Assembly: GCA_964016885.1 (NCBI GenBank)
Contig: OZ024758.1
Coordinates: forward strand, 25,978,001 to 26,042,000
From: Eledone cirrhosa
Lineage: Eukaryota
Direction of reading: 5' to 3'
Length of the DNA: 64,000 bases
Shown: piece by piece, positions 14,301-27,800 of the stretch
Layout of the letters: every line of letters starts with the position of its first letter
Numbering within the stretch: the first letter of the stretch is position 1
Notes under the pieces: model-generated
Database searches by the model: none
Told to the model about the DNA's origin: nothing
The model's input: only the letters and a program-made list of their open reading frames with translations
Made by a program: the position numbers and the translations under genes

Positions 14301-15782
14301 ATATTAATTAAAACTAAAAATAGAGTACCATATGTACTCAAATATAAGGCAAGGTTTATGTGACCAGAAAATCAATGGTAGAAGGCTGGGAGGCAGCTTA
14401 TATTAGGGGGTCAATATTTTAATGATTTTCACCAACTTCAAATTCTACGTAAATAAGGTTTGACTTTTGTCCATTTCTCAGACATAAAATAGTGGGGTCA
14501 GCTTATATTTGAGAGTATACGGTAACTTGCTGAAGTATTTATTATGTATCTATTGAAGTGAAACTGAATTTTGATTAAAGGAAAATCTTCATGTGTAACT
14601 TATTTTTTAATAGATTCCGAGAAAACATTTTGAAAGAAAATGAAATTGGTGGCCATTGTCGTATTTCCAAAAAATTAATACAGGCAGAAGGGGAACATAA
14701 AAGTCCACTTCAATCATGGTAGGTTATCAATTTGATTTATTCCTCCTTTATTTCAGAGTTTCTGTTATACTTTAATTCTGAACCTTTAGTAACAATTATA
14801 TTTCTTACAATTGTATGTTAAATTGAACAGCCATAGTAAAGTCGGTTTGATGGTTCTTCTGGGTGGATTGTTGGCCCTGCGCAGAATAGTCAGATGATGG
14901 GGCTGCCATCTTGGCAGTGAGCCGACACGGTGCGGATCACTGTTGGTCTAGAACAGGCATGGGTTACCTTTTCAAGAAGCGGGCCGCATGAGATATGGCT
15001 CATCATCAGGCGGGCCGCAAGTGCTAATTTACATTCGTGCCCATATTAATAAAAATGGCGGTAACTCAGATTGTTTTGATTTGTTTTGTCAGAATTCGTA
15101 CACAATTTCCTTGATCATAAAAATGATAGAGAGATAAATTGCGACTGAAAAGTTGGGGTAAAAAAAATCAGAAAGATTTCACTTAGGTGACTTAGGCGAG
15201 CCATTCAGAAAGCTTCGCAGGCCGCAGGTCACTGTTGGTCTAGAACCTCCCCAAGAGACCGGCCTACCTAGGGTGGCTCTACCAGGAGCAAAGCTCCAGA
15301 CGGTAATGTTCTCTTGGATTTACAGAACACACAAGCCCCCTCGCCACAACAAGGCCAGAACTAGGAGGTTATTCTATGTACTATACATGCACTTTTGATG
15401 AGTTGTAGTGCACCTGAACACTGTACACAATAATTTCATTGTTATATATCTTTTAGCTTGTTACATATCTTTTAGTCATATATGTGGCAGCTTGTTATAC
15501 ATCTTTTAGTCATATATATTGGCAAAAGATATAAACATTGGTAATAAAACTGATAAACTACAGTTTTGAAAAAAATTACCTACAGAAATGTTTACCTTTT
15601 GGTAACTTTTGTATTATTTATATTGAAACAGGTTTGCAGAATTGGAGAATTATTCATCACTTAATTTTAACACTAATAATGCAGAGCATTGTGATGTTTA
15701 TATTGAAAAACCAACTTTCATTATGAAAATGGATGTTGGTAAGTATGGTTTTAATTCTATTTCCGAAAATTCTATGTATTTA

Positions 15783-15824
<42 letters not shown>

Positions 15825-18800
15825 GCCACCCTCCTTCAAAAACGAAGGAGAGGCGGTTTTCCTTTGTGTGATAGCTATGGCGAAAGAGGTTGTATGGTGG
15901 ACAAGGTTAAAAGGGCTGAGGTCAGACACCTTTCTCTCCGGCCAACAACTGATTCTTTTTTTCAAATACCACTTTGGAAGAAGAAACAGGATGGAGAGAG
16001 AGGTGCTGTACCCCAGCAAGTTTTATGAAAGGTGGGTGAAAGTGCCGAGAATGGCCCGAGTGAATGGGCCTTCTCTCTATATCAGCCTGTAGGTTGAGGA
16101 AAAGGAGAAGGAGAGGAAAGGAGTACAAACTCTTCGTACTCCTGGAGATGAGGGTTGCACATTTTTTTTCGGGGGTGTGTGTTACCCATATAAACTGTCT
16201 CCCCCTATTGGGGAAAAATCGACTAATTTTTTAAATTGCATTTGTGATAACATTTTACACGTTTTTATTGTATGTAAACTTCCCCCTTTGTATTTGTCCC
16301 CTTCTTTTGTGCCCCTGTGGCTAATAAAGAAACATATCTATCTATCTACCCATTATCATCATCATCATCGTTTAACATCCATCTTCCACGTTAGTATGGG
16401 TTAGATGGGATTGTCCCACTTGAGGCAAGATTGGTCGGATGACCGTGTCTCGCTCGTATAGAACATTATATATATATAAAGTTTATATAGAAAAGGCTTC
16501 TACATGACTAGAACTGTTTCATTTGTATAAAATCATCAGGAATGCATTCCTAATGATTTCATGCACACATGCATACATACACAAATACATACACACACAT
16601 ATTTAGTTGCTATATATTTACATAATATATATTTACCTGATCCAGAATAAAGCAAGTATAATGTACCAAAATAATGGGTTCTTATATAAGCTCAAGGCCA
16701 GCAATTACCCAGTGCATTATTGGTACTTTATTATAATGTACCAAAATAATTGTTTCTACTTTAGGCACAAGGCCAGCCATTACCCAGTGCATTACTGGTA
16801 CTTTATTTTATCGACCCCGTAAGGATGAAAGGCAAAGTCAACCTCGGCGGGATTTGAACTCGGATCGTAAAGGGACGTAACTATGCTGGAAATCATGGCG
16901 TCCGACCCTCTACCGATACTGCCAATCCACCGCCCTATAATGTACCAAAATAATGGTTTCTTATATAAGCACAAGGCCTGCCATTTTGGGGGAGGCGAAA
17001 GTCGATTAAATCGACCGCAGTGCGTGACTGGTACTTTATTTTATTGACCCCGTAAGGATGAAAGGCAAAATTAACCTCGGCAGGATTTGAACTCAGATCA
17101 TAAAGGGCCGTAACTCTATGCTGCAAAGCATGGCATCTGACCCTCTACCGATACTGCCAATCCACCATTAATGTACCAAAATAATATCACATGAAACATT
17201 CAAATCAATTCAAGCTTAAAAACTTGAAATCTCATCTCTTCAAGTACAGGGTCAATAAAATAAAGTACCAGTAATGCGCTGGGATCGATTTAATTGACTT
17301 TCCATTCCCCTAATATTGTTGGCATTTTGGCATTGTGCCTAAATCAGAAACCATTATTTTAATATGATATCCTGCTATGGTTAACTTTGCCTTTCATCCT
17401 TACGGGATTGATAAAATAAAGTACCAGTAATGCACTGGGGTAATTGCTGGCCTTGTGCCAAAAAGTAGAAAATTATTTTAGTATGATACTTCATAAAATT
17501 GACTTAACCCTTTACCATTTACATTACTCTATATATACTATTATATTTTCACAGTAAAGGCTTTACCTCACATAATATCTCGCATACCATTTACATTACT
17601 CCATATATACTATTGTATTTTCACAGTAAAGGCTTTACCTCACATAATATCTCACATACCATTTACATTACTGTGAAAATACAATAGTATATATGGAGTA
17701 AAGGCTTTACCTCACATAATTATCCCACATAATATCGAATCTATGAGATTTTGATATTATTTATTTTGAGAACAATACCTTAACATTAGTATGAGTGACC
17801 AGTTACTGATGGTTTGAACAGAAAGGAGTGAGAGAATTCTGGCCGGATATGGCCGGTTTAAATGCTAAAGGGTTAATATTAAAATAATAATAATAATAAT
17901 AATGAAATTATTGTGCACAGTGCTCAGGTGCACTACAACTCATCAAAGGTGCATGTATAGTACATAGAATAATGTACAAATGTCAGGAAAATGAACAGTG
18001 TATATGATATAATAATAATAATAACTATAATAATGAAATATTGTGTACAGTGCCCAGGTGCACCACAAAATATTCTGGATGTTTTCCAAGTCAATTCAAG
18101 CTTAAAATCTTTAGCTTGAAATCTCATCTCTTCAAGTAAAGGATTTCCTGATGGTAACATCAACATACAAATCAATCTGTGGCGGTATTTTATTGTACCA
18201 TATCTGGTTTGTTTGGGTGTAGGATGTGTTCTTATTATTTTAATATGATATCTCACAAAATTGACTTAACCTCATTATATTAGAACTAAAGGTCAAACCA
18301 AGTTTGGAAATGTTAGTCTCTTGTAACAGACTTCTCTTTATGGCTAACAGAAATCTAGCCTGCTAGTTTTTCATTAGATATTTTTGTAACACACTTCTCT
18401 TTATGGCTTACAGAAACCATGCCTGTTAGTTTTCATTAGATATATTTTATGAGATACTCCATATTTCTAATAGTCTTTTATAAAGGCCGGTGGATTGGCA
18501 GAACATTGGATAAAATGGCATTGTTGTCTTTGTTCTGCCTCTTTATATTCTGAGTTCAAATCCCACCAAGGTCAACTTTGCCTTTCATCCTTCTGAGGTT
18601 GAAGAAATAAAAATAGTTTTTTTTTTTTTATAAAGGGCTGTGGATTGGCAGAATCAGTAGAGCGTCAGACAAAATGCTTTGCAGTATTTAGTTACAGTCC
18701 TTTACATTCTGAGTTCAAATCCCGCCGAGGTTAGCTTTGGCTTTTGTCCTTACAGGGTTGTTAAAATAATGTACCAGTAATGCACTGAGGTGAACTTAAA

Positions 18801-21800
18801 TGACTTTCCCCTCCCCTAAAATTGTGCCTAAATCAGAAACCATCATTATTATTCGCCGAGGTTAACTTTGCCTTTCATCCTTATGGGGTCAATAAAATAA
18901 AGTACCAGTAATACACTGGGATAATTACTAGCCTTATGCCAAATTTAGAAAATTATTATTTTTATTATTATTTTCTGTATATTATCTATTTTATTGTTAT
19001 TCTTCACAGACAACAAGAATTAATTGATTTTGAAATAATAACTTCATTAAACTCAAGAAATGTTTATTAATTATCTTTACTTGAAATGTCTTCACCATGT
19101 TTCAACATCTCTCTTTCTCTCTTTTACTTTTAAATAAAGGCATTAACTTATATCACCATTTCTGTGATTTTATCAACTTATATTTAACACAACATATGAA
19201 CAATTCCTTCACTACTGACATATATATTGTCATGTGGGACACAGTAAGTACCCTCTATTTCTGTAATATTTTTGCTGTAATATATCTAAACTGATTTTTT
19301 TTAACCTCTTCAGTCCCATAGATAACTCGTCCTAACATGTTTGAACTCGTTTCCAACAGTTCATAGCTTCAAAGTTATGAACTCGTTTCCAACAGTTCAT
19401 AACTTCAAAGTTATGAACTCTTTTCCAACAGTTCATAACTTCAAAGTTATGAACTCCTTTCCAACAGTTCATAGCTTCAAAGTTATGAACTTCTTTCCAA
19501 CAGTTCATAGCTTCAAAGTTATGATCTCTTTTCCAACAGTTCATAGCTTCAAAGTTATGATCTCTTTTCCAACAGTTCATAGCTTCAAAGTTATGAACTT
19601 CTTTCCAACAGTTCATAGCTTCAAAGTTATGATCTCTTTTCCAACAGTTCATAGCTTCAAAGTTATGAACTCTTTTCCAACAGTTCATAGCTTCAAAGTT
19701 ATGAACTCCTTTCCAACAGTTCATAACTTCAAAGTTATGAACTCTTTTCCAACAGTTCATAACTTCAAAGTTATGAACTCTTTTCCAACAGTTCATAACT
19801 TCAAAGCTATGATCTCTTTTCCAACAGTTCATAGCTTCAAAGTTATGAACTCTTTTCCAACAGTTCATAGCTTCAAAGTTATGAACTCGTTTCCAACAGT
19901 TCATAACTTCAAAGCTATGATCTCTTTTCCAACAGTTCATAGCTTCAAAGTTATGAACTCGTTTCCAACAGTTCATAACTTCAAAGTTATGAACTCTTTT
20001 CCAACAGTTCATAACTTCAAAGTTATGAACTTCTTTCCAACAGTTCATAACTTCAAAGCTATGATCTCTTTTCCAACAGTTCATAACTTCAAAGCTATGA
20101 TCTCTTTTCCAACAGTTCATAACTTCAAAGTTATGAACTCTTTTCCAACAGTTCATAACTTCAAAGCTATGATCTCTTTTCCAACAGTTCATAGCTTCAA
20201 AGTTATGAACTCTTTTCCAACAGTTCATAGCTTCAAAGTTATGAACTCGTTTCCAACAGTTCATAACTTCAAAGCTATGATCTCTTTTCCAACAGTTCAT
20301 AGCTTCAAAGTTATGAACTCGTTTCCAACAGTTCATAACTTCAAAGTTATGAACTCTTTTCCAACAGTTCATAACTTCAAAGTTATGAACTTCTTTCCAA
20401 CAGTTCATAACTTCAAAGCTATGATCTCTTTTCCAACAGTTCATAACTTCAAAGCTATGATCTCTTTTCCAACAGTTCATAACTTCAAAGTTATGAACTC
20501 TTTTCCAACAGTTCATAACTTCAAAGTTATGAACTTCTTTCCAACAGTTCATAACTTCAAAGCTATGATCTCTTTTCCAACAGTTCATAACTTCAAAGTT
20601 ATGAACTCTTTTCCAACAGTTCATAACTTCAAAGTTATGAACTCTTTTCCAACAGTTCATAACTTCAAAGCTATGATCTCTTTTCCAACAGTTCATAGCT
20701 TCAAAGTTATGAACTCTTTTCCAACAGTTCATAACTTCAAAGTTATGAACTCTTTTCCAACAGTTCATAACTTCAAAGCTATGATCTCTTTTCCAACAGT
20801 TCATAGCTTCAAAGTTATGAACTCTTTTCCAACAGTTCATAGCTTCAAAGCTACGAACTCTTTTCCAACAGTTCATAGCTTCAAAGTTATGAACTTCTTT
20901 CCAACAGTTCATAACTTCAAAGTTATGAACTCTTTTCCAACAGTTCATAACTTCAAAGCTAGATGGGCTTAATAGTTTATTGATGTGACATTTGTCAATC
21001 ATTCAGATATGTGTTGTTAATAAATGTTTGTTTTAAAAAAATAGTCATTTTACTGAAAAAAATAACCCAGCACAGCAACTGTAGCTGTGTAAAATATACA
21101 CGGCAGTCAACAGGTTAAATATGTAACATTTCTCAATAGAATGTATAGCTTGGAGATCAGAGAATCACTCCAGGTTGAGCTGTTACTTCTCCGAATTGAG
21201 AGATCACAGCTCTGATATTATGGACGTGGTTAGAATGTCTCGGGAAAGAATCACTAGAGAGATTTTACAGACAAAGCCAACTGGGAGGAGACCCAGGGGT
21301 AGACTCCAAGCAAGGTGGCTGTATAACATCCATGGGCTCAGCAGGTCTTGCTACTGCATACATACTTCCTTATTGGTTCATCCTGTACACAATTTATTTA
21401 TTTGGAGATAGGTCTTAAAAGGAAGACATATAGAAGTTGAGCTTCAACAATCAGACACCAAAAGTAAAAGAACTCATGTTTTATGTTTGAATACCTGATA
21501 CTACTCATTCTGCTACTGGTAAAATGATTTTATGTGTATGTGTGTAAACTATAATTGTTTCTACTTTTGGCACAAGGCCACCAATTGCCCAGTACATTAC
21601 TGGTACTTTATTTTATCGACCCCGTAAGGATGAAAGGTAAAGTTAACCTCGGCGGGATTTGAACTCAGACCGTAAAGGGACGTAACTATGCTGGAAAGCA
21701 TGGCGTCCGACTCTCTACCGATACTGCCAATCCACACCCTAGTACTATAATGACTAGCTAACATAACAGACTTGGAGATAATAAGAAGTAGTCTCCTTAA

Positions 21801-24800
21801 AATATCCATGAAAAATATACTCCTGGACTTGTATCAATTTAACTGTAAAGAAAAGGTTTAAGTGGATATTTTTTGCTCTCGCTCTGATCAATCAGCAAGA
21901 TCCCATACCTCATTCGTTTGCCGAGTGGGGTGGACCTCATTAGATTGGTCTTTCCATTGCTGACACCATCTACCAGTCACAACTCCTGGCAGAAAGAGCA
22001 ACATGAAATAAAGTGTCTTGCTCAAGGACACAACACATCACTCGGTCTGGAATTGAACTGGTAGCCTCACAATTGTGAATCCAACTCTCTAACCACTAAG
22101 CCACTCACCTTCACTATTTTTACTGACATTTAACTTGGGTTTTGTTTTTTTTTACTTCAGAGTCCTCTCAAATATGGGGAACTATTTGAACTGACTTGGA
22201 AAGCATTTACTAAACATCCAATTATCCGGCTAGGAGACTACAGTGGTAAAAGGGTATGTACCATTATGACAAAATATACAATTTACAACTTGCAGGGTGT
22301 TATTCGAAACAGCCCGTCATCTCTCTTATTCTCAATGTTTTGACATCAATTTCTCTACGCCAATGTAGGTTAACCCTTTAGTACTTAAACCAGCCATATC
22401 CAGTCAGAATTCTCTCACCTCTTTCTGTTCAAACCAGCCATAACCAGTGTTCATACTTATGTTAAAGTATTGTTCTCAAAATAAATAACTTCAAAATCTC
22501 ATAGATTCGATATTACATGAGATAATTATGTGAGATAAAGAGTTTACCATGAAAATATAATAGTAAATATAGAGTAATGTGAATGCTAAAACATTAAATG
22601 GATCTACTGTACAATATATTGTCAATTGTTATCTTTCATCACCTCATCCAGAGGTACTTTCCACTGAGGGGATATAACAGTACTGATGTCATCATCATCA
22701 TCATCATCATCAACGTTTAACGTCCGTGTTCCACGCTTGCATGGGTTTGGACGGATGTAGATATGTGATATGACAGGACAATGAATGCTGGGTAAAAAAG
22801 TGTCATGATCTCTGAGGAAAGTATCCCTGGGTGAGGTGACAAAAGATAAGGAAAATTAACTATACATTATACAGCAGATCCATTTAACCCAGGGTTTCCC
22901 AAACTTTTTCAAACACGGAACCCATTTTGGTTCAGCAACTTTTTGAGAAACCCCAAAGTCTAATATTGTTATATGGCCCCACAGCACCCCTGCATCATCC
23001 ATTTTGAGAAAATTGTTTGCCTGCTTTGGGTCCTAAAGGGGTCTTGTACTGCCTTGCAAAATTTCTCTTGGAGGCCCTGAAGTTCCTACATGGAGAGGGA
23101 ATGGGTTCTCCCAGGTTTAAAATACCCAAGAAACACTGTATGTCATTATAACATCCCTATTACTCCATCAGAAGCTTAGGGTTCATACATAGTGTTAACA
23201 TATTTAATGCAGGAAACATTAACAAACTAATTATGCAGTGAGTAAATAAATTAATCAATAACTAATATTATTTTCTTTCCAATTTAATTTCCAGGTGTGT
23301 TTTAAAGATGCATTATTTTCATTTCTGCCGCGTATGAGAGGTGGGATGTATTATAATATGCCATTGGTAAGTTACTATTTATATTGTGGCCGATTATCGC
23401 ACCTGGTGGTCAATTAATGGTCATTTTTTCTTCTTTCTCTCGCTCTTTTGGTGCATTGTTCTCGTGAGATCCCTAGCAATAGTTAATTGTGTTTGTTATA
23501 TGTGTTTATCAACAAAATTAACTTTGCCTTTCATCCTTACGGGGGTCGATAAAATAAAGTACCAGTAATACACTGGGTAATTGCTGGCCTTGTGCCTAAC
23601 GTAGAAACAATTATATTTGTAATGTTATTTATTTATATATTTAAAACTTAATAAAATATCATCTGAAGGAATTAATAGTTTACATGAAGTATTGTGTATG
23701 GTATATAGAATAAGTATTGTGTATGGGATTTAGATATAATAGTTTACTTGAAGTATTGTGTATGGTATATAGATTTAATAGTTTACTTGAAGTATTGTGT
23801 ATGGTATATAGATTTAATAGTTTACTTGAAGTATTGTGTATGGTATATAGATTTAATAGTTTACTTGAAGTATTGTGTATGGTATATAGATTTAATAGTT
23901 TACTTGAAGTATTGTGTATGGTATATAGATTTAATAGTTTACTTGAAGTATTGTGTATGGTATATAGATTTAATAGTTTACTTGAAGTATTGTGTATGGT
24001 ATATAGATTTAATAGTTTACTTGAAGTATTGTGTATGGTATATAGATTTAATAGTTTACTTGAAGTATTGTGTATGGTATATAGATTTAATAGTTTACTT
24101 GAAGTATTGTGTATGGTATATAGATATAATAGTTTACTTGAAGTATTGTGTATGGTATATAGATTTAATAGTTTACTTGAAGTATTGTGTATGGTATATA
24201 GATTTAATAGTTTACTTGAAGTATTGTGTATGGTATATAGATATAATAGTTTACTTGAAGTATTGTGTATGGTATATAGATTTAATAGTTTACTTGAAGT
24301 TATAGATAGGATGAGGGGTTAAATATTATCTATATCCTTTTCCATTGTTGTTATCGTTCTTCGAAGGATCTTAGTTATAAGCGATATAATTGAAATACCT
24401 TAATCGAAGAGTTGGTAGCTTCTCATCGGTAGTAAATGCTTCTGACTTCCAGGATATAAATAAATAGCTCTTTAACGCTCAATCCTCTATAAATATAATT
24501 TTATTTGTCGAAAAGGAATGTCGGAGTCATTTTACAATAAATCTCCGCGCGTCTGTGTCATCTCCTGGTCAGCTCGGTCTGTCTGGTCTCTCGAGTGCTG
24601 TCTCAGGTTTTTTACCAGAGAGCGAGAGTGAGATTGACCATGTATACGTACGCAAATTCCCATTGGTCAGTTTGACCTTATTGCTTATGAAAATGTTGCT
24701 ATTGCAAGGTGTGACGTAGTTCCACTACAAAGTATTGTATATGGTATATAGAATTTGAAGTTTGAAAGCCACAACAAAGTGAAAAGAATGAATAAATAAG

Positions 24801-27800
24801 ATGTTATGTGTTTTACCTTTATTTATATGTCCTGATATTTTGAAATTAAAATCTCTTCCAAGGAAAATGAAAGGGACTAATCCAGTTTCTGGCAGCATGG
24901 TATAACACATTACATTGAACACTGGATTAGTCCCTTTCATTTTCCTCGGAAGAAGAGATTTTAATCTACAAATATCAGGACAATAAATAAATTAAGGTAA
25001 AACACATAACATCTTGTTTCATCTGACTTCTTTATTCATCCATTACATTTTGTTGTGGCTTTCAAACTTCAAATTCTGTATAAAATATTACATATTTATA
25101 ATATGCCATTGGTAAGTTACTATTTATAATGCTTACTATATTATAATTTTAAAGATTTTTATATCTACAATAATAACTAATTTTCATTTAATGCCATGTC
25201 TAAAAGCCAGTTTGTAGAAAACTGAAAATGGGGGCATTTTGCCTTATTAGAATTTATGTAGATCAATAAAGGTTCAATAGTGTATTTTGTTACAAATATT
25301 GTCACAAAAGGTTTAACCCTTTAGCATTTAAACCAGCCATATCCAGCCAGAGTCTTCTCACCTCTTTCTGTTCAAACGGGCTGTAACCAGCCATTCATAC
25401 TGATGTTAAGGTATTGTTCTCAAAATAAATAATATCAAAATTTCATTGATTTGATGTTAGATAAAGCCTTTACCATGAAAATACAATAGTATATATAGAG
25501 TAATGTAAATGCTTAAGGGTTATGGAAATGTTTCTAAGAAGCTACTGAACATAATACAAGAAATCCTTTGTCAAGTACTTCCTCACTTACAAATACTATA
25601 TTTATTGTTGTCATGTATTATTCTTATTTTTAAGGTATCTGGCTGTGAAAAAAGTGGTTATTTCCGTGCTTTCTCTCAACATATCCTTCACCGTCTCAAC
25701 ATATCTCAAGAGGGACCACTTGTAAGCACTTTTAATTTAATAACATATTACTGAAATGTTGATTTAACACTTTGACTTATTGTAAAACGACTAAACTTTT
25801 AGATACAAACCATCTGAAACCAGCCCTGGTTCTATTATACATCATTCATTCATCATTTCATTTTACGTCCGCTTTTCCCTGCTTGCAAGGGTGGGACGGG
25901 AACTGATTCTGGCTTGATTTCTACAGCTGGATGCCCTTCCTAACACCAACCTCATTTACAGTGAGTGCTGGGTGCTTTTTTGCCGTGGCACCTCCACAAC
26001 CACTTTGCAGTGGAATGATAGGGACCCCAGTCCCTATCATCTCATTTCTACAGCTGAGTAAACTGGAGCAATGTGAAATAAAGTGTCTTGCTCAAGGAAA
26101 CAACACATCACCCGGTCTGAGAATTGAACTCACAACCTTTCGATTGCAAGGCCAATGCTCTAACCACTAAGCCATGTGCCTCCATGTGCCTATACATAAC
26201 TGTTTATTTTAAAGTGTTTACAATTATATAAAGCTTTCTGGTTAGGGCAGTGATTCCCAATGTGGTGCACAAGCTCCACTGAAGGGCAATTTGAAAGTAA
26301 TATAATACGACCAAACTTCCCGTTACACTTCGTCTACACGTGTTGTCGTGTATCTGGCAGCACCTACGAGCAGTTTGTTTACACTTTGGAGTTGATTTTG
26401 ATCATTGCTGCATATCAAAGGGGGACATAAACATTTTTTAGATGTTGAGGTGGGACATGGTTGGGAACCACTGGGTTAGGGTATTCAGCTTGCAATCATA
26501 AGGTCATGAGTTCAGTTGCTGGCAGCACCTACTTTGAGAACCTCTGCATTAGATAAATAATGAGAAAGTATTAAAGAACCACTGCAATTTTTTTTTAGGG
26601 TTGGGGGGTGTTAAATCATAGATAGTTTCTTTCATTTGAAATGTGGTAATGAAAAGGTTTTTAAGTTGAAATGATTTTAAATCTTTTCTCTTCATTTCCA
26701 GCTACATAAAATAAGAGTTACATTGCTAACTCGAAGTACAACATATCGCAGAGTTTTGAATGAAGAAGAAGTAAGTGTAATGTTGATATTTTTAAATTGA
26801 AAAAAAAAATTAAAATTAAATTCACTGTATCAATATTTTTTTAATTTTCTCTCAGTTGTTGATTTTTTTTTTCAATCAAAAATAAAATAAAATTCGATGT
26901 TTTAATTTTTTTAGTTTCCTTCTATCATTTTTAATTTTATTTTTATTTTTTCAAAATTAATTTTTGCAGTTATTGTAGATAGTATTTTTCTTCCATATAA
27001 ATGAGTCAATTTTCTGAGGAATAAAAAATATATTTGTTTTCGCTCTTAACATGGTGGTTACCTAAACGTATTCGTGAGTAAATTATTTCTACTTTTGGCA
27101 CAAGGCCAGCAATTACCCAGTACATGACTGGTACTTTATTTTATCGACCCCCGTAAGGATGAAAGGCAAAGTTAACCTCGGCGGGATTTGAACTCAGACC
27201 ATAAAGGGCCGTAACTCTATGCTGCAAAGCATGGTGTCCGACCCTCTACCCTTTACGGTCTGAGTTCAAATCCTGCCGAGGTTAACTTTGCCTTTCATCC
27301 TAACGGGGGTCGATATAATAAAGTACCAGTAATGCACTGGGATAATTGCTGGCCTTGTGCCAAAAGAAGAAACAATTATTATGATGATGATCATCATCAT
27401 CTTCGTTTAACGTCCATCATGATATTATTTATTAATCACTCACAAATACAAAAGAATACATCGTATATTATTTAACTAGGAACTTATATTTATCAAATAC
27501 ATCCCAGTTTAACTGTCATATTTCTGACATTCTACATCAGTCATTTTTTATGTCTGTTTTTCTATGCTACCATGGTTTCATTCACCAGAAAAACATTTAA
27601 TATTCACAAGGTAACACGTTAAAAAGTTCCCAGTCCCACACTGTAAATGTGGTTGGTGTTAGGAAGGGCATCCAGCCGTAGAAAACCTGCCAGATAGTCC
27701 TATATGAGCGAGACACGGTCACCCGACCAGCCTTGCCTCAAGTGGGACAACTCCTGTCTAACCCATGCTAGCGTGGGAAATGGACATTAAACGAAGATGA

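Noticed and set aside
16505-16560. Hammerhead-like cctgatga-ttt..aaat-gaaac on the minus strand
   Set aside because: Stem II only three A-U pairs and stems I/III unconvincing; at best a decayed remnant
19332-21002. 556/543-aa repeat ORFs, and a CRISPR-like 36-bp palindromic repeat
   Set aside because: Contiguous units with no unique spacers, no cas genes, and an intronic eukaryotic location
23717-24322. 201/185-aa ORFs
   Set aside because: Translations of the 39-bp minisatellite
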